A DNA stretch of 61,825 nucleotides, counting the filler, from Thermodesulfobacteriota bacterium (GTDB lineage Bacteria; DASVDK01): assembly GCA_036381125.1 (NCBI GenBank). It is 8 parts of 8 records of this genome, joined end to end, with 100 filler letters (N's around TTAATTAATTAA, not from the genome) between each part and the next. Parts side by side here need not be neighbours in the genome. Positions count along the whole stretch, not along the records: positions 26,260 to 32,653 come from DASVDK010000252.1; positions 32,754 to 50,056 come from DASVDK010000253.1; 6 more parts are not named here. One strand, 5' to 3'. The notes beneath the pieces were generated by a model, which saw nothing but the letters and a program-made list of their open reading frames with translations, searched no databases and had not been told where the DNA came from. Shown here in pieces: positions 30,409-39,720 of the stretch (its first letter is position 1; each line of letters starts with the position of its first letter). Position numbers and translations under genes: made by a program.

Positions 30409-32653
30409 TCAATCGGCGCCGAGGTCCCCGAGGACGACCAGCGCGTAGGGCTGCGGGCCCTCCGGCACGTTCGAGCCGACGACCTCGATCGTCCAGCGGC
30501 CCGGCTCGGGCGCCGTTACCCGCACCACCTCGACGTTGTTGCGCGTGTCGAACTCGGGCGGCCGGCCCGCGGCCTGGTTCCCCACGCGGAAGGCGCCCGA
30601 GGGGGCGCGCACGACCAGGTTCAGGTTGTTCACCAGGGTCGCGCCGGGGAAGTCGCTGTAGGCGAGCACCACCCGGAGCGGCGCCCCGCCGGCGCGCACC
30701 TCGACGGTCATGCCGCGCGACTCCCCGGTCCCGAGCCCGGCAGCCACGTCGACGAAGCGGGCCGAGACGGGAGCGGGGGGCGCGAGGATGGCGTCGAGGT
30801 TCACCCGGCCGAACCCCTGGTGCGGGTCGAACAGGTCGGCGGCCGCCGAGTAGCCCGGCAGGCGTGTTGCCCCGGCCACGAGCGCCGCCTTCACGAGCGC
30901 GGCCGAGGGCCGGGCGATCCGTCGGCGGGTGCGCAGAAACTCCCGGACGAGCACCGCGGCGCCGGCCACCAGTGGCGTGGCCATGCTCGTGCCGCCCATG
31001 TGGAAGTAGAGGCGCGAGGGCGGGAAGGCCCCCCACCCCATGTTGTTCGGCGCGATCCGCGTGGAGCGCGTCGAGAGGACGAACGTCCCGGGCGCGACCA
31101 GGTCGGGCTTGATGCGGTGGTCCCGCGTCGGGCCGCGGCTCGAGAAGGCCGCCACCTGGTCGGGGTCGTCGGCCATCGGGTCGGTCCAGAACGGCGGCAC
31201 CGGGTAGTCCTGCGGCCACCAGCGCCCGTAGGTCTGCCGGTCGAACTCGAGGCGCCGGTTCTCCGAGGCGCCGACCGTGATGCAGTTCTTCGCGGTCCCG
31301 GGCGACGTGACGCTCCGGAGGTTGATCCGCCCGTCGCCGTCCCGGTCGGTGCCGTCGTTTCCGGCCGCGAAGAGGATGCAGAACTCCGGGTGCTCGAAGA
31401 CGAACCGGTCGACCTGCTCGCACGCCGCGTCGTAGGCCCCCGGCTCGCCGCCGCCCCACGAGTTCGTGTGGACGCGGGCCCCCTTTCGGAACGCCTCCTC
31501 GAAGAGCGCCCCGAGGTCGAGCGGGAGGCCGGCCAGGAGGTAGCGCCCGTAGCGCACCGCGTCGTCCGGGTCCTTCCAGTCCATGGCCTGCTCGACCGCC
31601 TGGAAGACGAGCCGCGCCTCGTACGCGAGGCCTCGGATGGGACCCGCCAGGCCGGCGAGGCCGACGCTGCCGGCGCCGCTGCCGACCACGGAGCCGGCGA
31701 CGTGCGTGCCGTGGCCGCTGTCGAGGTCCGCCGGGCCGTCGTCGGCGCCCACGTTGTTCACGTAGGAGGCAAAGTCGGCCGTGATCGGGTAGCTCGTGAT
31801 GGCCTTCACCCGTCGCGCGAAGTCGCCGTGGATCCGCCTGGGGTCGCCGCTGTCGAGGCCGGTGTCGCACACGGCGACCACCTCCCCCTTGCCCGAGAGC
31901 CCCAGGCCCCGGTGGCCCGGGTTGCCGGCGGCGAGCGCCGCGGCCGTCCCCATGATGCCGGCCGCCACGTCGTTGGACGGCCGGCGCAGCGCCCGCTCCC
32001 GTATCCGGCGGACGCCGTGGACCGCGGCCAGGCGCTCGAGCGTGCGGCGCCGCTCGGCCGCGCTCCCCTCGACCTCCACGATCAGGAGCCTCGCCTTGCG
32101 GTCCTGGTCGAGCACCCGGGCGCCCGCCCTGCGGACGGCGCCCGCGGCCCGCGCGAGGTCGTCCGGCCCGAAGAACTCCATCGCGTACACGCCCGGCAGG
32201 ACGCGCGTGCGCGGCAGCGCGCCCCCCACCTCGCCCCGGCGCCGGCCGGCCGCCTCCCAGGCGCCCGGCTCGATGCGGGCGCGGTACGGCAGGTGGGCGA
32301 CCCACCGCACCTCGCGCAGCGCCGCGATCCGCCTGAGCGCCGCGTCGCTCGCCCGGACGACGTACGCGAAGTCCCCGAACGGCTCGCGCGGCTCGCCGCC
32401 GGCCCGCCGCACCGCGTCGAGCCAGGGCGCCTTGATCGGCCCGATGAACTGGACGACGTAGTGGTGCGGCCCGCGGCCGAGCGGCCGACCGCGCGGCAGG
32501 TCCGGATGGGCCCGTGCCCGTCCCGCCCGGTCGACGCGCGGCCGGCTCGTGTCCACCGCCCTGCCGCCGATCTCGAGCGTGAAGTGGTCGGTCAGGTCCT
32601 CGACCGGATAGCGCGCCGCGAGGTCCGCGAGGTCCGCGTCCGGCACCTCGAGG
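30409..32653 (-). CDS. S8 subtilisin-like serine peptidase (KP-43-like), 5' truncated
   Basis: Catalytic triad motifs CDTGLD, HGTHVAGS, GGTSMATP; AAGNDG; SSRGP..D.RIKPD; C-terminal beta domain with NNVE. Confidence 0.93.
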
Positions 32654-32753
32654 NNNNNNNNNNNNNNNNNNNNNNNNNNNNNNNNNNNNNNNNNNNNTTA
32701 ATTAATTAANNNNNNNNNNNNNNNNNNNNNNNNNNNNNNNNNNNNNNNNNNNN

Positions 32754-32984
32754 CTCCGCGACGGGGTCGTTGGCGCGGAGGTCGACGTGCCCGCGGTTCT
32801 TTGCGACCTTGGGCTCGGGCACGCGTTGCAGGAACACGATCGGCCTGTCCGCGTCGTCCGGAGGGGCGAGCACCACGAACTCGCCGAGCACGTCACGCAC
32901 GCCATAGCCGAGCGCCTCGCACCAGAATGGCGCGAGAGCGCTCGGAGACGCGCAGTCGATCGTCAGCGCAAACAGTCTCGCCAT
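32754..32984 (-). CDS. VOC/glyoxalase-like protein, 3' truncated
   Basis: TIDC..P.ALA.FW.EALGY; FLQRVPEPKVAKNRGHVDL; GGAGG RBS. Confidence 0.88.
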
Positions 32985-33283
32985 CGTACGGTCCTCCTGA
33001 GGTGGACGGCGTTCCCCGGGTACGGCGACGTTGCGATCGTAGCAAGCCCGCGACTCCGTGCCCGCCGGCGCTCCGCATCGAGCACGTCCGTCGACGCCGC
33101 GTCCTCGATGTGCAGGACACGTCTCGGCGCGGCCGATCGGTTCCCGGCAGCACCCGCAGCGGCCCGTTGTCCGTACCCGTTGTCCGTCGTGGCGTGGTCG
33201 TGCCGCGCAACCAGCCGGTTGGCCTCCGGCGACTCGTCGAAGAGGGCGGCTGGAGACGGCCGGGCTGCCGCGCCGACGGCGCA

Positions 33284-34348
33284 TCAGATCATCCGCAGGT
33301 CCCTGGCCATGGCGAGCCGGCGCTCGGCGATCCGGTCGGCGGCCTTCTCGGGCGTGATCCCCTCGCGCTTCGCGATGGCGAACAGCTCGTACGTCCGCTC
33401 CTTGATCCGGGAGACGTTCTTCCAGGCCCGCTCGCGGCTGAAGCCCCCCTTCTGCAGCCGGTCGGTGTCGAAGATGGTGCCGCCGGAGTTGGCGACGTAG
33501 TCGGGGCAGTAGAGGATGCCCCGCTGCTGGAGCATCTCCCCGTGCCGCTCCTCGGCGAGCTGGTTGTTGGCGCTGCCGCAGACGATCCGGCACCGGAGGC
33601 GCGGGATGGTCCGGTCGTCGAGGGTCGCGCCGAGGGCGTACGGGGCGTAGATGTCGCAGGCGACGTCGTAGATCTCGTCGGGCGCGACCGCCTTCACGCC
33701 GTACTCCCGCTTCGCCCGCTCGACCTTCGCCTCGTCGATGTCGGCGACGACGACGGTCGCCCCCTCCTTGACGAGGCCGACCAGCGCGTTCCAGCCGACG
33801 GCGCCGAGCCCCTGGAGGGCGACGGTCCGTCCCTGCAGGGACTCGCTTCCCCACGCCTCGTGCGCCGCCGCCTTCATGGCCTGCTGGACGCCGAAGGCGG
33901 TGGCCGGGGCGATGTCGCCGGCGCCGCCGCAGTACTCGGGGAGCGTGACGACGTGGTCGGTCTCCTTGTAGAGCGTCTCCATGTCGTCGAGCGTCGTGCC
34001 GACGTCCTCGCCGGTCTGGTACTCGCCGGCGAGGCTCTGGATGCAGCGGCCCATCGCCCGGATGAGCGCCTCGGTCTTCTCGCGCTTCGGGTCGCCGATG
34101 ATGACCGCCTTGCCGCCCCCGAGGTTGATGCCGGCCGCGGCGTACTTGTAGGTCATGCCGCGGCCGAGGCGGAGGGCGTCCATGATGGCGTCCTCCTCGG
34201 AGTCGTAGGTCCACATCCTGAGGCCGCCGGTCGCGGGGCCGAGGGCGGTCGAGTGGATGGCGATGATCGCCTTGAGGCCGACATCCCTGTTCTGGCAGAA
34301 GACGAGCTTGCGGAAGTCGTACTTCGCCATGTAGTCGACGATGTTCAT
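33284..34348 (-). CDS. Leu/Phe/Val amino acid dehydrogenase
   Basis: AIHSTALGPATGGLR; GMTYK; GGGKAV; GEDVGT; QGLGAVG; GSANNQL; PDYVANSGG. Confidence 0.93.
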   Translation of the reverse strand: MNIVDYMAKYDFRKLVFCQNRDVGLKAIIAIHSTALGPATGGLRMWTYDSEEDAIMDALRLGRGMTYKYAAAGINLGGGKAVIIGDPKREKTEALIRAMGRCIQSLAGEYQTGEDVGTTLDDMETLYKETDHVVTLPEYCGGAGDIAPATAFGVQQAMKAAAHEAWGSESLQGRTVALQGLGAVGWNALVGLVKEGATVVVADIDEAKVERAKREYGVKAVAPDEIYDVACDIYAPYALGATLDDRTIPRLRCRIVCGSANNQLAEERHGEMLQQRGILYCPDYVANSGGTIFDTDRLQKGGFSRERAWKNVSRIKERTYELFAIAKREGITPEKAADRIAERRLAMARDLRMI

Positions 34349-34393
34349 AGTGACTCCGGGGGGCCTGACGGCCCGCAGAGACGGCCGCGGCCG

Positions 34394-35161
34394 CTAGGCC
34401 GCCGTCCAGCCGCCGTCGACCATGAGGATGCTGCCGGTGACGTACGACGACGCGTCGGACGCGAGGAAGACGCAGGGGCCGACCAGCTCCTCGGCCTCGC
34501 CGCGCCGGCCGAGCGGCGTCCACTCGCGGATGTGCCGCTCCTTGGCCTCGTTGTGGACGTTCTCGACCCCCTGCATGACGTTGCGGAAGTAGGCGGGCGC
34601 GAAGGCGTTCACCCGCACGTTGTGCTCGGCCCACTCGACGGCGAGCGTCCGGACGAGCTGGTTCACGCCCCCCTTGCTCGAGGCGTAGGGGACGAGCCCC
34701 TTGATGCCGACGGAGCCGGCGATGGACGAGTTCATGAGGATGCTGCCCTTCCGCTGCGCGATCATCACCCGGCCGACCGCCTGCGCGCAGAGGAAGTAGC
34801 CCTTGAGGTTGACGTCGAGGATCTGGTCCCACTCGGCCTCGGCGTAGTCGACGGCCGGCTTGATGATGTCGATGCCGGCGTTGTTCACGAGGACGTCGAT
34901 CCTCCCGAACTCGGCCGTCGCCCTGGCGACCATCGCGTCCACGTCGGCCTTCTTCGACGTGTCCACGGTGAGCGGCAGCGCCGTGCGTCCGATGTCGCGG
35001 ACCTCCCTGGCCGCGGCCTCGACCTGCGAGGCGGTGCGCGAGCAGAGGACGAGGTCGGCCCCCTCTCGCGCGAGGCCGAGCGCGATGGCCTTGCCGAGGC
35101 CGCGCCCCGAGCCGGTGACGACGGCGACCTTGCCGGTGAGATCGAAGAGCCTGCTTGCCAT
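34394..35161 (-). CDS. Short-chain dehydrogenase/reductase
   Basis: TGSGRGLG; NNAG; YASSK; VDGG. Confidence 0.94.
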   Translation of the reverse strand: MASRLFDLTGKVAVVTGSGRGLGKAIALGLAREGADLVLCSRTASQVEAAAREVRDIGRTALPLTVDTSKKADVDAMVARATAEFGRIDVLVNNAGIDIIKPAVDYAEAEWDQILDVNLKGYFLCAQAVGRVMIAQRKGSILMNSSIAGSVGIKGLVPYASSKGGVNQLVRTLAVEWAEHNVRVNAFAPAYFRNVMQGVENVHNEAKERHIREWTPLGRRGEAEELVGPCVFLASDASSYVTGSILMVDGGWTAA

Positions 35162-35176
35162 CTTCTCCTCCCTGGA

Positions 35177-36055
35177 TCAGACCGCGCGTCGGGCGCCGAC
35201 GCGGCGGAACCAGACGGTGAGCACGATGAGGCCGAGACCGATCACCACCTGCCGGATCGCGGCCACCTGGGGCGCGCCGAGGCCGGGGGCGACGTCCTTC
35301 GCGAACCGCGTCCCTTCGAGGACCGTGTAGAGGATGGCCGTGCCGAGGAGCGCGCCGCGCATCGAGCCGGGCCGGCCGATGATCATCGCCATCCAGGCGT
35401 AGAAGGTGATCTCCGGCGTGAACTGGTCGGGCGACACGTAGCTGATGTAGTGGGCCGAGAGGGTCCCCGCGACCGCGGCGATGGCCGCGCCCACGGCGAG
35501 CGCCGTGAGGCGGAAGGCGAGCACGTCCTTGCCGAGCGAGGCGGCGGCGACGTCGTCGTCGCGGACGGCGCGCAGCGTGCGGCCGAGGGGGCTGCGGGTC
35601 AGCACCTCGCAGATCGCGTAGGCGGCCGCCACGGTGGCGACGACGAGGAGCAGGTAGAGGTGGCTCGACGGGACGCCGCCGATCGAGGCGAGGCGCGGGA
35701 TGTCGGAGATGCCGAGGACCCCCCGGGTGAGCCCGCGCGCGTTCGTGAGGAAGAGGCGAACCAGCTCCGAGAAGCCGAGGGTGAGGATGGCGAAGTAGTC
35801 CTCGCGCAGCCTGAGCGTGGCGGTGCCGATGAGGAGGCTCGCCGCGATGGCGAGACAGACGCCGACCAGGAGCCCCGCGACGGGCGGCCAGCCGAGGGTG
35901 ACGCTCAGGATCGCCGACGAGTAGGCGCCGATCGCGTAGAAGGCGACGTGGCCGAAGTTGACCAGGCCGGTGATCCCGTAGTGGAGGTTGAGCCCCAGGG
36001 CGAGGAGCGTCTGGATGCCGATCAGCGTCGCCAGCGCGATCAGGTACTCGGTCAC
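35177..36055 (-). CDS. LIV-type ABC permease (LivM-like)
   Basis: GLNLHYGITGLVNFGHVAF; LREDYFAILTLGFSE; GRTLRAVRDD. Confidence 0.92.
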   Translation of the reverse strand: MTEYLIALATLIGIQTLLALGLNLHYGITGLVNFGHVAFYAIGAYSSAILSVTLGWPPVAGLLVGVCLAIAASLLIGTATLRLREDYFAILTLGFSELVRLFLTNARGLTRGVLGISDIPRLASIGGVPSSHLYLLLVVATVAAAYAICEVLTRSPLGRTLRAVRDDDVAAASLGKDVLAFRLTALAVGAAIAAVAGTLSAHYISYVSPDQFTPEITFYAWMAMIIGRPGSMRGALLGTAILYTVLEGTRFAKDVAPGLGAPQVAAIRQVVIGLGLIVLTVWFRRVGARRAV

Positions 36056-36912
36056 TTCGCGCCCCAGATGCCGCGCGGCCGGAAGAGGAGGCAGAGCGCC
36101 ATGACGGTGAAGGCCACCGCCTCCTTGTAGACCGACGGGATGACGAGGGTCGACCACTCCTGCGCCAGGCCGATGACGGCCGCGCCGCCGAGGGCGCCGT
36201 ACGGGTTGCCGATGCCGCCGAGGATGGCCGAGGCGAAGATCGGGATGATGAGATCCCAGCCCATGTTCGGCTGGATGACGAGGTTGAGGCCGAGGAGCAC
36301 GCCGCCGACGGCCGCTGAGAGCACCGCGATCACCCACATGGCGATCCGCGCGCGCTCCACGTCGACCCCGGCGATCTGGCAGAGGACCGGGTTGTCGGCC
36401 ATCGCCCGCAGGATGCGGCCGAGCTTCGTGCGGGAGAGGAGCAGGTGGAGCGCCAGGGCCAGGACGAGCGCGGTCAGGATGGTCGCCATCTGGTTCGGCG
36501 TGAGGCGCACCGGCCCGAAGACCTTCGCCCGCTGGAGCGGCACGGCGTACTGGAAGAGCTCGCTGCCGAAGAGGAGCAGCACGAGGTGCCGCAGCACGAA
36601 CGACACGCCGATGGAGATGATGAGGAGCTGCACCGTGCTCGTGACCGGCAGCTTGTCGTACGCCACGCGGGCGATCGGGACGCCGACGAGGAGCGCCAGC
36701 CCGACGCCGGCGACGGCGGCCAACCCGAAGGGCCAGCCGGCGAGGACGTTCAACGCGAAGGTGGCGTAGGCCCCGAGCATCATGAAGTCGGGGTGCGCCA
36801 CGTTGGCGAAGCGCGCCACGCCGAAGGTGAGCGAGAGCCCGACGGCCCCGAGGGCCAGCAGGCTCCCGATCAGGAGGCCGGTGACGCTGAGGTGGACGAG
36901 GTCGGCGAGCAT
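36052..36912 (-). CDS. LIV-type ABC permease (LivH-like)
   Basis: GLSLTFGVARFANVAH; GRILRAMADN; ILGGIGNPYGA. Confidence 0.92.
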   Translation of the reverse strand: MLADLVHLSVTGLLIGSLLALGAVGLSLTFGVARFANVAHPDFMMLGAYATFALNVLAGWPFGLAAVAGVGLALLVGVPIARVAYDKLPVTSTVQLLIISIGVSFVLRHLVLLLFGSELFQYAVPLQRAKVFGPVRLTPNQMATILTALVLALALHLLLSRTKLGRILRAMADNPVLCQIAGVDVERARIAMWVIAVLSAAVGGVLLGLNLVIQPNMGWDLIIPIFASAILGGIGNPYGALGGAAVIGLAQEWSTLVIPSVYKEAVAFTVMALCLLFRPRGIWGAK

Positions 36913-36964
36913 GGAAGCCGGGGGGCGGGGGCGCCCCGAGGGCCGCCCCCGCCGGCGGGCGTGG

Positions 36965-38209
36965 CTACGCCGCCTTGATCTCCGCGGCCTTGATCGTCTG
37001 CTCGAGGACCCACTTCCCGGACTTGATGCGGTGGATGCCGAAGTCGGTGTAGACGTCGCCCGCCGCGTCGAAGTCGCAGGAGCCGGAGGCACCCTCGTAG
37101 TTGATCGCCTCCCCCTTCTGGACCAGCGGGGCCGCCTCGGCCCAGGTGCCCACCGTCTTGCCGGGAGGGTTCGAGACCTTCCGGATGTTGTCGCGGATGG
37201 CGGTGCCGTCGCCGCTCTTCGCGGAGAGCGCGGCGAGCGAGACGACGAGCATGTGGTCGTACGCCATGGCGGCGAAGAACTCCGGGTCGGTCTTGTAGGC
37301 CGCCCGGTAGAGCTTCGTCAGGTGGGCGAGGGCAGGGGAGCCGAGGGTCGGGACGGCCTCGACGACGATGATCCCCTCGGCCGCCTCCCGGCCGATGCCC
37401 TGGATGAACTGCTGGTTGAAGGCGAAGCCGGGCCCCATCCAGGTGCCGCCGAGGCCGAGCTGGAACCACTCCTTGAAGACCAGGATGCCGTCGGCCGTGT
37501 AGCCGCCGAAGACGATCACGTCCGGCTTGCCGGCGAGCGCCTCCTGCACCTCGGAGCGGTAGCTCGCCTGGTTCGGGTTGTAGACGACGCGTCCGGTGAT
37601 CTTCCCGCCGGCCTTCTGGAAGCGCTCGGCGAAGGTGTCGCCGAGGGTGATGCCGTAGGGGTTGTTGAGGAGGACGAGCGCCGCGCTCTTGAAGCCGAGC
37701 TTCTGCGCGGCGGTCGTGTAGATGCTGCTCACCAGGACCTGGGAGGTGTAGGTCCGGTAGAGGAAGTCGTCGTCCTGGAAGGTGGTCACGGCCGAGGAGC
37801 TGGACACGTTGAAGTGCGGGATCTTCGCCGCCGCCGTGAGCGGCGCGACCGCGAGCGTGACCGCCGACGACCAGGTGCCGAGGAGGACGTTGACGCGGTC
37901 GACCTCGATGAGCTTCTTGGCGGCGCGGACCGCCGCGTCGGGGTTGGTCTGGCCGTCCTCGACGAGGAGCTGGATCGGCCGGCCGCCGATGCCGCCCTGC
38001 GTGTTGATGTCGTCGGCGACGATCCTGTACGTGTTCGCGAGGATGGTGCCGTACACGGAGCCGGCGCCGGTCAGCGGGCTCAGCGTGCCGATCCTGATCG
38101 GCCCCGAGCCCTGGGCCACGGCCGCGCGCGGGAAGCCGAGGTTGCCGGCGAGCAGGGCGGTGCCGCCGACCCCCGCGGTGGTGAGGAACCGGCGCCTGTC
38201 GAGCCTCAT
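36965..38209 (-). CDS. LIV-type ABC substrate-binding protein with Tat signal
   Basis: DRRRFL leader; IRIGTLSPLTG; NNPYG; YEGASG; GGGAGG RBS. Confidence 0.92.
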   Translation of the reverse strand: MRLDRRRFLTTAGVGGTALLAGNLGFPRAAVAQGSGPIRIGTLSPLTGAGSVYGTILANTYRIVADDINTQGGIGGRPIQLLVEDGQTNPDAAVRAAKKLIEVDRVNVLLGTWSSAVTLAVAPLTAAAKIPHFNVSSSSAVTTFQDDDFLYRTYTSQVLVSSIYTTAAQKLGFKSAALVLLNNPYGITLGDTFAERFQKAGGKITGRVVYNPNQASYRSEVQEALAGKPDVIVFGGYTADGILVFKEWFQLGLGGTWMGPGFAFNQQFIQGIGREAAEGIIVVEAVPTLGSPALAHLTKLYRAAYKTDPEFFAAMAYDHMLVVSLAALSAKSGDGTAIRDNIRKVSNPPGKTVGTWAEAAPLVQKGEAINYEGASGSCDFDAAGDVYTDFGIHRIKSGKWVLEQTIKAAEIKAA

Positions 38210-38237
38210 GGCCACCTCCCGGTCAAGTTAAAACAAC

Positions 38238-38246
38238 ATTATATCA
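38238..38246 (-). promoter_or_regulatory. Internal extended -10 promoter for the SBP gene
   Basis: Minus strand TGATATAAT overlapping the livF stop, within an AT-rich patch. Confidence 0.6.
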
Positions 38247-38957
38247 CATGACGCCTCGCGTCCCTCCGAGGTAGAGCCGGCCCACCTCCTCGTCGGCGAG
38301 CAGCGTGGAGCCCGGCCCCTCGAGGCGGTTGCGGCCGCCGGCGAGCACGTAGCCGCGGTGCGACAGGGCGAGGGCCTCGCGGGCGTTCTGCTCGACGAGC
38401 AGGATCGCGACCCCGGCCCGGTTGATCTCGACGATCTTCGCGAAGACCGTCTCGACCATGAGCGGCGAGAGCCCGGCCGACGGCTCGTCGAGGAGGAGGA
38501 GGGCCGGGTCGAGCATGAGCGCGCGCCCCATGGCGACCATCTGGCGCTCACCGCCCGAGAGCGCGCCGACCTTCAGGCGCCGTTTGGCGGCCAGGTTGGG
38601 AAAGAGCGCCGCCACCTGCTCGAGCCGCTCGCGCACGCCGCCCTGCCGCGCGACCGCGCCGATCTCGAGGTTCTCCTCGACCGTGAGCGAGGGGAAGACG
38701 TTCTCGACCTGCGGCACGTAGGAGATGCCGCGCCGGACGATCGCCTCGGGCTTGAGGGCGCCGATCGGCTCGCCCCGGAAGCGGATCTCTCCGCCGGTCG
38801 GCCGGAGGAGCCCGAAGACGGTCTTCATCAGGGTGGACTTGCCGGCGCCGTTGGGACCGACGAGGGTGACGATCTCGCCCTCGCCGACGCGGACGTCCAC
38901 GCCGTGGAGGATCTCCATGCCGCCGTAGCCGGCGCGGACGCCGCTAACCTCGAGCAT
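38244..38957 (-). CDS. LIV-type ABC ATPase (LivF-like)
   Basis: GPNGAGKST; LSGGERQMVAMGRALM; LLDEPSAGL; VEQN. Confidence 0.94.
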   Translation of the reverse strand: MLEVSGVRAGYGGMEILHGVDVRVGEGEIVTLVGPNGAGKSTLMKTVFGLLRPTGGEIRFRGEPIGALKPEAIVRRGISYVPQVENVFPSLTVEENLEIGAVARQGGVRERLEQVAALFPNLAAKRRLKVGALSGGERQMVAMGRALMLDPALLLLDEPSAGLSPLMVETVFAKIVEINRAGVAILLVEQNAREALALSHRGYVLAGGRNRLEGPGSTLLADEEVGRLYLGGTRGVM

Positions 38958-39720
38958 GCTTCCGGCCGAGGTAGGCCTCGAGCACGCGGGGGTCGCGCCG
39001 GACGTGCTCCGGCGTCCCCTCGGCGAGCGTGCGCCCCTCGCTCATGACGATGACCGGGTCGCAGAGGCTCATGACGAGGTCCATGTCGTGCTCGATGAGG
39101 AGCACCGTGACGCCCCGCTCGGTGGCCAGCCGGCGGATGTAGCCGGCCAGCTCCCCCATGAGCGTGGGGTTCACGCCGGCCCCCGGCTCGTCGAGGAGGA
39201 GGAGCTTCGGCTCGGCCATCATGATCCGCCCGAGCTCGAGGAGCTTCTTCTGGCCGCCCGAGAGGGTCGAGGCGAGCTGGTCCCGGACGCCGGCGAGGCC
39301 GAGGAACGCGAGGACGTCGTCGGCCCTGGCGCGCAGGCGCGCCTCCTCCTCGCGGACCGCGCGGCCGCGCAGCCAGGGCGCCCAGAGCCGCTCGCCGAGC
39401 TGCTCCCCCGGGACCACCATCAGGTTCTCGAGAACGGTGAGGTCCTTGAACTCGCGAGGGATCTGGAAGGTGCGGCAGAGGCCCCGGCGGAAGACCCGGT
39501 GAGGCTTCTCGCCGGTGATGTCGGCGCCGTCGAAGACGATGCGGCCGGCGTCTGGCGTGTGGACGCCGGCGATCAGGTTGAAGAGCGTCGTCTTGCCGGC
39601 GCCGTTGGGGCCGATGAGGCCGGTGATGGCCCCCTCCCGGACGCCGAGCGTGCACGCCTCGACGGCGTGCACGCCACCGAACGCCTTGGCGAGCGACTCG
39701 ACCGAGAGGAGTGTCCTCAC
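38944..39720 (-). CDS. LIV-type ABC ATPase (LivG-like)
   Basis: GPNGAGKTT; RTFQ; LSGGQKKLLEL; IEHDM; VLEAYLG. Confidence 0.93.
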   Translation of the reverse strand: MRTLLSVESLAKAFGGVHAVEACTLGVREGAITGLIGPNGAGKTTLFNLIAGVHTPDAGRIVFDGADITGEKPHRVFRRGLCRTFQIPREFKDLTVLENLMVVPGEQLGERLWAPWLRGRAVREEEARLRARADDVLAFLGLAGVRDQLASTLSGGQKKLLELGRIMMAEPKLLLLDEPGAGVNPTLMGELAGYIRRLATERGVTVLLIEHDMDLVMSLCDPVIVMSEGRTLAEGTPEHVRRDPRVLEAYLGRKHARG

